From contig OZ038379.1 of assembly GCA_964036045.1 (NCBI GenBank), positions 44,640,001 to 44,704,000 on the forward strand: 64,000 nt of DNA, in the 5' to 3' direction. Below are positions 25,401 through 38,004 of the stretch, piece by piece. The stretch is from Eutreptiella sp. 'Long Island Sound 2002' (taxonomy: Eukaryota > Protista > Euglenida). Every line of letters starts with the position of its first letter. Position 1 is the stretch's first letter. Under the pieces are notes generated by a model. That model worked only from the letters and a program-made list of their open reading frames with translations, did no database searches and was not told where the DNA came from. A program made the translations under genes and the position numbers.

Positions 25401-26283
25401 CAGCCTCGCTGCCTCACCCCTGATCCTCCTCCAGGCTCTCTCCTGCATCTCCCTCTCCACTTCCGGCGGGATAGCCGGCTGTCTGAATGGCTGCAGCAGG
25501 GGGGCGTCCCTCCGACCCCCCGCTCCCCTGTGCCTGTTCCCTGGGCCGCTTCTCTTCCCGCTCTGCCCTCTTCATTCTGTCTAGCCTTCTGCGGTGATCC
25601 GCCCAAACTCTCTGAAGCTCCTCGACCGCCTGCGCCTCCCCTCTTCCCGGTGTGCCCTGCCCTGTCGCCCGCCCTGTCGCCGCTCTGGCCGCCTCTCCCA
25701 TTGTCCGTGCTTCTCTCCCCCCCAGGCCCCTCTCCTCCTCCCCTATCCTCTCTCATGCCCACCTGAGCTCCTCCCTCTTCCTTCCCTGTGCCCCCCACCT
25801 TGCCCCCTGTTTTTCATGCAGCTGTTGGTAACAGGCTGGTGTTCTTCCATGTAATAGTTGGTACCAACATCCTCCTCTTTTCTTTGCCTTAATGTTCCTT
25901 CAGTTTTTCTATGTTTTGGTTATGTCTTTGTTTTGGTTAAATCTTTCTTTTTCTTCTATAGGGCTGAATGTTCTATTGTGGAAGCATTTTTTCATCTTCG
26001 AAAAGTCCTAGGGCTTTCGTTTGTATAACACCGGTCATTTTTTCTCTGTCCCCGGTTTTTCAGAACATTACACTTTTTTTCTGTGCACCCTGCACTCTAG
26101 CTATTTGTGTCAAATGTTTGTCTTGCTTTTTTCTTTCTTTCTTTCTGTTTGTTCTTCTGTCACTCACTTCTGCATTGAAAATGCTGTTTTGTTTTACCTA
26201 CTGCGATATTGTTTCTTTTTCTTGTCACTGACTTCTATGTTGAAAATCCTGTTTTTTTATCTCCTGCAGTATTGTTTCGTTTT

Positions 26284-27010
26284 TCTGAAGTGGCCAGAGT
26301 TCCTGCGTTTCTGTGGAACTTGGATTGCACCTCGGCCTTTAATCTTTCACCATTGCCGTGCGCAACTCGCGTGAATTGGGAAAAATGCCAAAAAGAAGTT
26401 GCTCTTGTGTCCAAATAGTCTGACCCTACATACTGCACTGCCCTTTGGAGGACATGGTGCTGTTGCAGAGGATGAGCCACATATTCCCTTTTGTTGATTT
26501 GGTGTTATTCAAGAGGAAACAGGAGGTACTACTCTGTCTCACTCATGGTAACCAACACTGCTCAGCTCAGAGTGCCTTCATATTAATCAAAGTTTGCACT
26601 GCCTCCCGGGCCTCCCTTGCCCTTTGCCTGTTCTCCCCTGCTACACGCTGAGCATGTACATCACGTGGTGCAGCCCAAAACTTTTTGGCATGTCTGTCCA
26701 ACCGGGTCTCAGCCCTCCTTATTGCTGCTCTCTGTACAGGTGGCGTGCCTGGGACTGACAGCACATCAATGTTGTAGGCTTTAATGCCCTCTGCCTCTGC
26801 CTCTGAAGCTTCCTCTAAATCTGGAACAGGACCAGGAACGACAGACAGCAAAGGAGCAGGCATGGGGATGGCTGCTGAAGGGCAGGGAAGGTCCACAGCA
26901 TCCACAGATTCTGTCACTGGCACCTCTGTAGACATGATGTTCCAGCCGCTGAGGATGTGTGTGGTTGTTAAAGGGGATGCAGTTCATTCAGCAAGCCAAG
27001 TTACAAGGAG
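26284..27010 (-). repeat. Tandem duplicate of the 3' end of the pogo-like transposase region
   Basis: 26284-26511 matches 27058-27290, and 26512-27010 matches 29745-30241. The second copy is split by LTR element 2. Confidence 0.85.
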
Positions 27011-27290
27011 CCCCTTCATCTTGCCTTCATCGTATCTTACCTTCATCTTATCCTCTCTCTGAAGTGGCCAGACTTCCTGTCTCTTTGTGGAAGTTGGATT
27101 GCACCTCAGCCTTTAATGCTCCACCATTGCGGTGCGCAACTCGCGTGAAATGGGAAAATTCCCAAAACATAGTTGCTCTCGTGTCCAAATTGTCTGACTC
27201 TACAGACTTCACTGCCCTTTGGAGGAGATGTCGCTGTTGCAAAGGAGGAGCGACATATTCACTTTCATTGATTCGGTGCTATTCAGGAGG

Positions 27291-29744
27291 TGTAGCAGGG
27301 CCAGACCCTCTGGCCCTTGTGGCTGGCTGATTGACCTTCGGCAGATCCCTTTTGACTCCTGGGGTTGGTCTTCGGTGGATCCCTTCTGGTTACGGTGATG
27401 TGTTCTTGGCTGAACCTGGGTTGACCTGGCCAGTTTGACTGCCTTTCTTGACGTTATCACACCTCCTGGGTTCAGTTCGGCCGATTTGCCGTTGTCACAC
27501 CTCCTGGGTTGAATTCGCTTCGTATCGGTACCAACCTTGCCGCTGTCACTCCCTATGATCCTGCCAGTTGTTTTCATCATCAAAGATTTGCTCCACAGTA
27601 GAATATAATAGTAAAATTTACCTCCGAAATACCAAACTTGCCCTTGCAATCAACGAAGCCCTGCACGTCGCCGAACACGATAAATACTGCAATTCAAGCA
27701 TTGATTCTTGTGTTCCCACGTTCTTGGCAGTCCTCCCGATCTTCGAAGGCCTTGCCGGCCAAGAATAATCTTCTAACCCTTGCAGGGTCCTCCACGGGAG
27801 CTCACATGATAGCACCTGCGAGCACAGCAATATACAAAGCTGGAAAACTTTATAATTAAAAAAATAGCAACCCAAAATTCGTAAAAATAAAGCCTCTTCA
27901 TAAAATGTGCTGAGCTGTCAGAATGCGCAGCACAACTTGTTGCGCTCTGTCGCCTGCGAAGGCGACACACCTTTATCTGCTTTATATGACAGAAAAAAAC
28001 TGTCAAACGACAACCGGGAGGGGTGTCAATACGGACCGCCTTCACCCCCCCTCCAGGAATGAACTCACGGTTCATCTGACCCAACTTCCTCTGACTGACA
28101 AGCAACAAATAAACACAAAATAGATATAAGCGACCGATCGACGACGCAAACAAACAACAAACAGGCTGGCGTGGTCCATACAACGGACCCGACACCGAAA
28201 CAGTCAGAGCGGTGGATGCACAGTGACAGAAGGGTTGCTCTTGCACAAGGTGGCCCACTTTTAATATAAAAAAAAATAAAAAACATACATAGCCGACTCA
28301 TGGCAGAAATGTCGGCTTCCAAGATTGCTGTGGAAACGACAATCAGTTCATGCCCTGCAGCACTTCCATTACGAAGGGAAACTCGTCGTTGCTGTCTTCC
28401 TCATCGTCAGTATAGGACGCGTGACCCCGCCACGCTGCCGATATTGGCTCACCTGCGGGAGCCTGCGTTCTGGTGTTGATCCCTCCGGAATAATGAGGGT
28501 ACCTGGACACGGCACGTCGTTCTGCGTGGATCTTGGCTTCTCGGGATCCATTTGACGTGTCGCTGTCCTCGGAGTTCGTGGTCGTGGAATTTTCCGGTGT
28601 CGGTTCTTCGAGTCCCAATGGAGAGTCCTCCAAGAAAAACTCTGAACCCTCGGCTGAATTCATCCACTCGCGGTACGACGAACTGCACGATACCTGGGAC
28701 GCGGGTATGGAACGGTCTTCGGCTTCAAAATACTCTGCAGCTTCTTCCGACTCCATCCAACCCCCGATACGACGATGTCCACGATCCCTGTGACTCATCG
28801 TCAGTTGTCGGTGACACCGGTGATCGATCTTCATCTTCGGAGCGGGGGGAGTCTTGATCGCTCATCAAATCTCTCCGATCGTTGCTCATCAGCGACCTAC
28901 TCCTTCAATGCTGACGCTCCGGCTTCGCTCATAGGCTCCTGCTGAACACCCTGCAAAGTGGGCAGAGCCAAATAAGATTATTCTGTAGCAGGGCTAGACC
29001 GTCTGGCCCTTGTGGTTGGCTGATTGACCTTTGGCGGATCCCTTTTGACTGCTGGGGTTGGTCTTCGGTGGATCCCTTCTGGTTACGGTGCTGTGTTCTT
29101 GGCCGATCCTGGGTTGACCTGGCCAGTTTGACTGCCTTCCTTGAAGTCATCACACCTCCTGGGTTGAGTTCGGCCGGTTTGCCGTTGTCACACCTCCTGG
29201 GTTGAATTCGTCTCGTATCAGTACCAACCTTGCCGCTGTCACTCCCTATGATCCTGCCAGTTGTTTTCATCTCCGTCTCCAAAGATTTGCTCCACAGTAG
29301 AATATAATAACAAAATTTACCTCCGAAGTACCAAACTCCCCCTTGCAATCAACGAAGCCCTGCACGTCGCCGAACACGATAAATACTGCAACTCAAGCAT
29401 TGATTCTCGTGTTCCCACGTTCTTGGCAGTCCTCTGGATCTTCGAAGGCCTTGCCAGCCGTGGAAAAAAATAACCACCCTTGCAGGGTCCTCCACAGGAG
29501 CTCACATGATAGCACCTGCGAGCACAGCAATATACAAAGCTGGAGAACTTTATAATTAGAAAAATGGCAACCCAAAATTCGTAAAATTAAAGCCTATTTA
29601 TAAACTGTGCTGAGGTGTCATAATGCGCAGCGCGACTTGTTGCGCTCTCTCGCCTGCGAATGCGACGCACCTTTATCTGCTTTATATGACAAAAAAAAAC
29701 TATCAAACGACAGCCGGGAGGAGTGTCCATACAGACCGGTTTCA
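27291..29744 (-). mobile_element. LTR element 2 (2454 bp), non-autonomous
   Basis: LTRs 27291-28044 and 28984-29744 run TGTAGCA...TTCA. 4-bp TSD GAGG at 27287-27290 and 29745-29748. Minus-strand G-rich PPT abuts 28044. Empty-site paralogue ttattcaa-gagg-aaacagg at ~26505-26523. Confidence 0.9.
28343..28834 (-). CDS. Acidic 163-aa ORF in the internal region of LTR element 2, unknown function
   Basis: Glu/Asp/Ser-rich ORF in the element's inferred sense orientation. No domain recognised. Confidence 0.35.
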   Translation of the reverse strand: MKIDHRCHRQLTMSHRDRGHRRIGGWMESEEAAEYFEAEDRSIPASQVSCSSSYREWMNSAEGSEFFLEDSPLGLEEPTPENSTTTNSEDSDTSNGSREAKIHAERRAVSRYPHYSGGINTRTQAPAGEPISAAWRGHASYTDDEEDSNDEFPFVMEVLQGMN

Positions 29745-30079
29745 GAGGAAACAGGAGGTACTACTCTCTCTCACTCATGGTAATCAACACTGCTCAGCTC
29801 AGAGTGCCTTCATCCTAATCGAAGTTTGCACTGCCTCCTGGGCATCTCTTGCCCTTTGCCTGTTCTCCCTGGCTACACGCTGAGCATGTACATCACATGG
29901 TGCAGCACGAAACCTTTTGGCATGTCTGTCCAACCGGGTCTCAGCCCTCCTCTTTGCTGCTCTTTGTACAGGTCGTGTGCCTGGGACTGAGAGCACGTCA
30001 ATGTTGTAGGCTCTATCGGCCTCTGCCTCTGCGTCTCAGGCTTCCTTAAATCTGAAACAGGACCAGGAACAACAGACAG

Positions 30080-31247
30080 CAAAGGTGCAGGCATCGGGAT
30101 GGCTGCTGAAGGGCAGGAGAGGTCCACATCATCCACAGATCCTGTCACTGACACCTCTGTAAACCCCATGTTCCAGCCGCTGAGGATGTGTGTGGTTGTA
30201 AAAGGGGATGCAGCCCATTCAGCAAGCCAAGTTACAAGGAGATTCTTACATTCGCTGCTATCCAGCTTTTCAGTGCTTTGGCAGCAGTCCATCGTGGATC
30301 TTCAGGCAATGGTCAATGTGGCGACGCTTCAGTCTGTCGCGCAACCATGCTTCCATGCCCCGATTGATGACCTGATCGCAATCATTGATGACATTGCTGC
30401 CACGGGCGCGGCGAAAGAAAACAGAAATGTGTGGCCGTGCCACAAAAAAATACAAGTTAGCCAAACTCATTTCAGCGTCGTCGACGCGCTTTAACTCGTC
30501 ATCGTTGAGACGGCCTCCAACTGAGTCCATGATGACGACATATGGGTAATTTGGAGCGACGCCATGGTCGCATCTGTGCTTCGCCACTGCAGTGTCAACC
30601 TTGATCATCAGGTGTTTGAATGTGTCGCCAGTCTGACACCTCTTCTCTGCCTGGTGTTCGTGCATGTAGGGTGGCAGGCGATGACACAGATCGAGACACT
30701 TGTAGCACCTTTCCGGTGCCTTGACGGTTGACCACAGGCGTGGCCCTGCCCTGTCGCTCGTCAGCACTGCTGTAGTGTCTGACCTGTTTTTCTCCGGCTG
30801 CATACCCTCTGCGCAACTTGGGCGCGTACTGGAGGGGCGCCTTGTCCAGGCCCAAATGCGCCCAAGCCGGCAGCAACTGGGGTTCACCTTCAGGGATACG
30901 CACACCATACTTTTGAGGCTGCTGAACGACGTCCAAGAATTCACGTCTCCATTTGTTGTTGAGCGCTCAGTCAGACACTGTAGAAGGCAGTCGCTCCGTC
31001 GTGATCTTCTTGAGACAACATATTGGCGGTCCAAAACAGGAGCAAGACCATGCCCACGAGACCTCTGAGCGACTGTCCTTCTAAGCGCCGCAATGGCGTC
31101 CAGGTCAATCATGGCAGCCTCATACTTCAGCTCTTTGATGAAATTCAGAATCGTCTACTCCTCTGTGCGGCTGTGAACTGAGTTGGTGCCGTACCCTTCC
31201 AGTGGCTCACCCTTGTGTACCTTGCCAGCCCAGGTGCGAAGCCCTTC
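30080..31247 (-). pseudogene. pogo/Tc1-mariner-type DDE transposase (DDE_1-like), frameshifted, N-terminus displaced by the PLE
   Basis: HTH-like TILNFIKELKYEAAMIDLDAIAAL. First D in LGLDKAPLQY..KQV..S.DERQ (~30845), second D in VVIMDS (~30526), third D in INDCDQVIN (~30376). C-terminal VTWLAEWA..FTTTHILSGW. Confidence 0.75.
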
Positions 31248-31540
31248 AAAAGGAATGCGCAAGCACACAACAGTGGACTTTTCAAATCGCCATGAATCTG
31301 AGTTCAGATTTTTGTTCAACACTTGTTGTTGACAAAGCGATTATGAACAGAGCGATATGCACAGCGACAGAAAATAATAATCAAGAGAAAATGCTGGCGT
31401 GGCAAATCGTTCACGCGTCAGGCGCATTCAACCACCATGGTATGATTAGTATGAAACAGATCAAGAGGAATCAACAAAATGCAGGGCAATAAATAAATAA
31501 GGAAAAGACAAACAAACACAGGTCAGGCCATCCCTCCACC

Positions 31541-34500
31541 CTATCTAGGCCTGAGCTGTTGCAGCTGGGAGATGGAAATGCCTAGCTTGATACAGTCGTC
31601 GACGATTTCCATGGTGATAGGGCATCCTTTGCTACGCCAGAAGCCACAGAAACACAGGTTTTTAGCGCCCACCTCAGCAAGAGTGGTGGCAATGTTCAGG
31701 GCCCGTTCTGCATTGCAATACCACCAGAAGTCAGACTTATGAACAAGACCTGGAACTAGTGACCTCATGGTGTACCAACAGTTGTGTGACCAAGGGTCAG
31801 GCCAGCGGTTTACATGGGACTTAATTCTGGATAACAAATCGACGGCCCTGGAGTGCAGGCGAATCCCAATGTCCTGTTTAGGGTGGACAGTAACCAGGCA
31901 TTCAAGCATCTGGTTGGTGTCACCTTGTTGTTCAAACTGTAACGGCATGCTGTACAACTGTTGCAGGCTGTTTGTCAGTGCGTTAACACACAGGCTGACA
32001 TAGTCCCTCCTCCTGAACAGATACAAATTATCACGATAGCTTTTCGCAAGTATTTTAAATGAGAACATACTGGTGTGGATGTTTTTGAGCTCGCATGAAG
32101 TTAGGTATAAACAGGCAAGTTGGGCACTGAGGGGACCCCCCATGGGGAGGCCCCCCACCTGTTGAACAATCCATGAGCCAGCGCGGGCAAACGAGTTTTG
32201 GACATTTTTGTAGGAAATGAAATCCAGGACCAGAGTAATGCTTACGTTCTTGAACCATGCGGAAGCTCCAGTACCAAAGCAATCGTCAGAACGCTGTAGC
32301 TTGGAGATAGCAAAATGAGTGTAGGGGCGGCGTGCAGCACGGCTCGATTGGAGATAGTTGAGTGTGTATGAAATCGCAGGGATCACAGAAGGGGTGGGGA
32401 TCTGGAGGTACATGTAAAAAAAATCAAGTTCCAAACCTTGCCATGCCACGGGGTCAGCATTAGCAGCGGAGCATGCTTCCTGGAATAGTTTCCTGCAGTT
32501 GTTCATCTTTCATATTTCCAGGCAACCGGGGTCACCAGAGACTGGGGCACAAATGACAGAAGGGCATCGGCTGCCAAATTTTCCATAGTGGGAGGTAGGA
32601 TGGCGGAAATGAGACACAAGAATTCTACTCTTCAGTAAGCCGAAGTGTTCTTTTGACTTATCCGTCATTAGTAGGGATATGGACGGTGTCCAAAATTTGT
32701 AGGAGGGGGAACCGGTAAAAAATGGCTTCCATTTTTTATGTAGGTCGCAGGGCTTAGACTGTTCCTCAATGATGCTGAAAAGTTCATTGTCAGCCTGTGG
32801 TATGGTGTCACAGGCGGAGACGAGTACCAGGGTGGGGGGCAAACAGCACATGTGTCATGAATAGCCAAGCCCACAGCTGGCGACAAATAACCCAAGTCGA
32901 TCTAGGGTTTTTATCAATTTTTGGGAAGACAAAATCATAATGATGTTTCTTCAGTCGGCTGATGTTCTGGCCGTCCACCCTGGGGTCTGAGGAGCGGAGG
33001 AGAGAGGAACAGTGCATAGCGGCCTTGGAGGCAATCCACGCAGCGGTTTCGTTGCAGGAGGACGGATCTGCAGATGGGGCACTTCGTAGGGCACGTTTGG
33101 TGGAGGCATAAACCACCTGCTCAACCTCTGATGGGCTGGGGAGTGTGAAATTCTTCATGGACTGGGAGACAATGGCAGAAGCCTCAGGACCTAGAAGGTC
33201 GGAAACACGGGGGTCGTGTCCGCGGAGGACAATGTGTCCTATGGGGTCGGGGGCACATAGGGGGAAGGATTTGCATTGGCAGCCCATGTGTAGAGATTGC
33301 ATCAACGAACTTGGGGTGAAGTGGAAAGCCTTCGTACAGAGTAGTTCACCAACGGTTGGGGACCCCTTATAGGTGACTTGCACTCTGTGGGCATAGAACT
33401 GACGCAGCGGCTGAAAACCGTTGGAGTTTTCAAGAGCTGCAGCAACAGTAGACCGTAGAGATGCCGGAAAATTTGGATCGGGGAGGGGGGACCTCACCAT
33501 GACAAATTGCTTTAACCTGATGCCGGTTTCGAGTTTGACAAAGAGGAGGCGCCACAGAGACGACTCAATTTTCTGTTGGGACACATGCAGGAGGGACATC
33601 TGCTGTGGCAGGCTTAGTGGGGAGCGGAGGAAAGATAAACCATCACAGACTATGCCTCGAATGCCAGAATGGGTGACCATTCCTGGGTACATTTTTAACT
33701 GGGCGAGGCGTTTCAATTGCTTAATTCTATTGCTGGGTAGAGGATTGTTGAGTGGGCGTCTGGTGTGTTTGATGTAAAAGCTTTCGATTCGAAAAAGGTC
33801 TTTGGCGTAGCATTCTTCAATGGAGGTCATGACCCATGATTCCACACCAAGGCGTTCCATGAAGTTGTACATTTTACAGAGCTTGCTACCTGGTTTTGAG
33901 GACAGAGCACGAAGAATTTTCAGTGCGTGGTCTCTCCAGCGTTCATTCGGCTTACGTCCCAGGGACTTGAGAAAATACCGGAAATTTTTTTTCTGTATGC
34001 GCACCGCTGTCTGGCCAACGGCACCAATGTCAATGTCTGAGCAGTAGGGCGACCACATGGCATATAGTCCTATAGTGGGGAGAAGGAGTGGTATGTTCAG
34101 AGAATTACCAGAGGGGCTGAGGGAGAGAAGATGGCGCACATGGGGTAAGGGGCATAGCGGTAACAAGGCGTTCACTTGTTGGAAGGACAACCCAATCTCG
34201 TCCCACGGCACAGGGCGGGTGTTGTACATGACAGACCTGGATTTCATTTCAGAGTTCCACAGGGACCACCATTCAGATTTTAGGAAACGTCCTGAAGTGC
34301 TGAGAAAAAGGCCTTTGCGTGGCGGGGAGATCTTGTCACGCCCAGAATGTTGGAGGAAATGGCCCAATGTGCGCACAACATCATGGTAATGGATGGGGTC
34401 GGCCGTCGGTGCCTGTGTATTTTGGAGAAAGAAGCATAACACGGGGCGACGGTCTCGCATCGTAACGCCATGGTGTTCCCATGTCCGGGGACGGGCATTA

Positions 34501-35269
34501 GATTTGTGTCCTACGAAGTAGCCTAAGGAGGGGTTCATTCGCAAAAAATCGGTAACACAGGATGTGGATTCATCCAAGGAGGCATCAATGAGCAGGACAT
34601 ATCGGCTTGGGGTGGGTTTGTTTAAGGTGTAAAAAACATCCTGTAAGATGTTCATTGGGGTGGTAAAGGGGTCAACGCATAACAGCGACGCAGGGGAAGC
34701 GATCATGTTCCTGGCGTGCCTCGTAATCTTCACCGGGGTTGAGGGGTCCGAGGAGGAATAGCCAAATAAAGGGGAAACAATGGGGTACGTAGCGATGGCA
34801 TGCTGAACATGGAAGGCGCGTGCCACATAGCATGCAAGGTCTAGTGGGGGCCCGAGCGTGGAAACGGGGATTCGGAGTAACGTGTGGAGAGGGCTTTGTA
34901 CTCTTGGTAAAAGGAAGAAACATCATGCAGGGAGACTTCGGACCAATCATTCAATTGATGGCGCGCCGACCATAGGCTAAACGCCCTTAGTAGGAACGTG
35001 TTGGTAGACGCCATAGTTTGGAATTGAAGGAAATGTTCACTATGCGGGGAAGGGGGCACCGGGTGGTTCACAGGGAAACAACTCTTCGAATTCAACACCG
35101 TTGCATGTGACCAATGGCAAGGAGGAAGGTGTAATTCCGGCTTGGAAATGGATTGCTGCAATGTGGAGAGTTCTCGGCAGTGGCGTGAGATTGAGGTAGT
35201 GATAGAGGAAATCTGTTGGGGAGAAGAAGCAGTGTTGGATCTCAGCACACGAGCAACGCGGCGCATCAT
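31541..35269 (-). pseudogene. PLE ORF2: GIY-YIG endonuclease then reverse transcriptase (two frameshifts, one in-frame TGA)
   Basis: IGLYAMWSP..IGAVGQT..NERWRDH..MYNFM..IE..LFRIESFYIK..LNN (GIY-YIG-like, ~34080-33740), then KIDKN, GLPMGGPLSAQLACLY, SYRDNLYLF and QMLECLVTV (PLE RT). Pieces: 35269-34841, 34826-32808, 32851-32510, 32506-31541. Confidence 0.88.
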
Positions 35270-36672
35270 TTCTTGTTAGCAGCAACGGATACCTTTCCAG
35301 TTATCGTTTTTCGGGGCCCTTTCGCCTTTGTAGTCTGTTTGAGTACTATTGATCCAATTCTGCTTGGTTGACGAGATCGTGTTGCGATTGAAGATGTAGC
35401 GGGTGGTTTTGAGCCAAAGGCGTTTGTTTGTGGCGGAGACGGTGTGGGGTTCTTAGCTGGGAAAGAGAAAGAAACTCGCCTATCACCGGCGATGGCAGCA
35501 ACAATGTCATTCTTTAGTGAGGAAAAATGGGATACGAGAGTGGACACATGAGAATCAAATTTCTTACTAAGCGTAGTACTGCTCTTTTGCGTCTCTTGGA
35601 CCTTCGTTCCAATGGTGTCGATGCGCTTGGAGTGGTCTTCCATTTTAAGTGTAATAGAGGCATCGGCCTTCCTAGAGAGCTCATGAACGTAGGCGGCGGA
35701 TTCATCCTCAGACATAGAACAAGAGGTGTCATCATTGGGGTCATCAGAGGCATTTGACGCATCACCATCGTCGGATTTCTTCGCTGCCGTCGTTTTTCCC
35801 TTGGCCTTTTGTGAAGGCTTGACTTTCTTGGTAGCCTTACCTTTTTTGCGGGTCTTCTTCTCTCTAGTCGATTTGTTAGATGAAGAGGACGAAGAGTCTG
35901 AGTCATCACCTAGCATCTTAGAGGCCCAAGAGGCGAACGAAAGCGCGTTGCGTGAGTCTGGCTCCAGTCCGAAGCGATTTTTCACCACATCCTCCATGGA
36001 ACCAATGAAGGCAAAGCAAGGGCCATTTTGGTTCTTAGTGGAAGAGTTGGCGTTGATCCACGATGCAAAAGAATTAGCGTGAGATGGCTTTTCAAACACG
36101 TGTACGCAAGTAAGGTAGACAAAGATAGAATTGGGCTTCGTGAATGGGATAATGCAAAGGACGTGTTTGGAAGCGTCATTTCCATAAGCAAGAAGCGTTG
36201 AATGTGGGGTGAGCGGGTTTCAACCGCTAGTAACAACACCGCATTTTCTGTGCACCGGGTTAGACCAAAGCTTGGTAGGTTTGCCTTTCTTGGACAACCC
36301 AAATAAGCGTTCATGCACCGCAACGTCGGTGGCTTCCTTTTGAAACACACTGTCGGCCAAACGAGAGAGTTCTTTCATTTTGTGAAATATCGAAGGATCA
36401 AACGGAGCGTCACACTTGAAAGACGAATCAACATGAGGAATGCGACACTTGAAGCATACTTTAGTACGCGAAGAGGTGTTGCTTCTTGAGGGTGGACGTG
36501 AATTATTGTATCGCGAGCGGCGTGCATCATAAGAGCGCTCATAGGAAGAATAGCTTGAACGAAAGGAATAATCATCACGTTGATGATAATCACGACGTTG
36601 TCCATAGGGAGGAGTGTTCCAAGAGCGTTCATCAAAATGGGGAGAGCCATTGTAGTTAGAGTAGAAACTCAT
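35266..36672 (-). pseudogene. PLE upstream ORF1 (RS-rich, CCHC knuckle, predicted coiled coil), one in-frame TGA
   Basis: ORFs 36672-36220 and 36099-35266 are one frame broken only by TGA at 36222-36220 (about 468 codons). Contains CFKCRIPHVDSSFKC. Its stop overlaps the ORF2 start (ATGA). Confidence 0.7.
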
Positions 36673-36803
36673 GGAATAAGCGTAGAGGCGTCAAAGTGAA
36701 ATCAGCCAAGCAAACGCCAAATGAGGAAAGCGTGTATCAGACTTGATTCACTCTTGAAGCGAGGTAATCTCAGAGTACTCAGGTGTCTCCAAGATGTGGT
36801 TGA

Positions 36804-38004
36804 TCTTCAAAACCAATGCGCAAGCACACAACAGTGGACCTTTCAAATGGCCATGAATCTGAGTTCAGAAGACAGTCAATTTTCGTTCCACACTTGTTGT
36901 TGACAAAGCGATTTTGAACACAGCGATATGCACAGCGACAGAAAATGATCAGGAGAAAATGCTGGCGTGGCAAATCATTCACGCGTCAGGCGCATTCAAC
37001 CACCATGGTATGATTAATATAAAACAGATCAAAAGGAATCAACAAAATGCAGGACAATAAATAAATAAGGAAAAGACAAACAAACAAAGGTCAGGCCATC
37101 CCTCCACCCTACCCAGGCCTGAGCTGTTGCAGCTGAGAGATGGAAATGCCTAGCTTGATACAGTCGTCGACGATGTCCATGGTGATAGGGCATCCTTTGC
37201 TACGCCAAAAGCCACAGAAAAGGTTTTTCAGTTTACCCGAACACAGGCTTTTAGCGCCCAAGTCAGCAAGAGTGGTGGCAATGTTCAGGGCCCGGTCTGC
37301 ATTGCAATACGACCAGAGGTCAGACTTATGAACCAGACCTTGAATTAGTGACCTCATGGTGTACCCACAGTTGTGTGACCAAGGGTCAGGCCAGCGGTTT
37401 ACATGGGACTTAATTCTGGATAACAAACCAACGGCCCTGCAGTGCAGGCGGATCCCAATGTCCTGTTTAGGGTGGACAGTAACCAGGCATTCAAGCACCT
37501 GGATGGTGTCACCTTGTTGTTCAAACTGTACCAGCATGCTGTACAACTGTTGCAGGCTGTTGGTCAGTGCGGTAACACACAGGCTGACATAGTCCCTCCT
37601 CCCGAACAGATATAAATTATCACGATAGCGTTTCGCAAGTATTTCAAATGAGAACAGAGTGGTTTGGATGTTTTTGAGCTCGCATGAAGTTAGGTATAAA
37701 CACGCAAGTTGGGCACTGAGGGGACCCCCCATGGGGAGCCCACCCACCTGTTGAACAATCCATGAGCCAGCGGGGGCAAACGAATTTTGGAAAATTTTGT
37801 AGGATATGAAATCCAGGACCAGAGTAATGCTTACGTTCTTGAATCATGCAGAACCTCCAGTACGAAAGCCATGTTCAGAACGCTGTAGCTTCGAGATAGC
37901 AAAATGAGTGTAGGGGCGGCGTGCAGCACGCCTGGATTGGAGATAGTTGAGTGTGTATGAAATCGCAGGGGTCACGGAAGGGGTGGGGATCTGGTGGTAC
38001 ATGT
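36804..38004 (-). repeat. PLE upstream pseudo-LTR (5'-truncated copy of the RT C-terminus and 3' UTR)
   Basis: Direct repeat of 31243-32415. ORF 37747-37109 is nearly identical to the C-terminal part of 32506-31541 and has RYRDNLYLF. Confidence 0.92.

Larger units (their letters stand above)
17353..25830 (-). mobile_element. Degenerate minus-strand retroelement with tetranucleotide tail; host of the 17973-22495 LTR element
   Basis: (AAGT)4 at 17353-17368 would be a 3' tail on the minus strand. GC- and pyrimidine-rich sequence continues on both sides of the LTR insertion, with Glu/Arg/Gly-rich ORF remnants at 24100-25800 (-). Right boundary is approximate. Confidence 0.4.

Noticed and set aside
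36680-37110. Hammerhead ribozyme in the PLE pseudo-LTR
   Set aside because: Expected for PLEs, but no CUGANGA..GAAA core was found by eye here or at 31250-31540. An Infernal search would be needed to exclude a variant.
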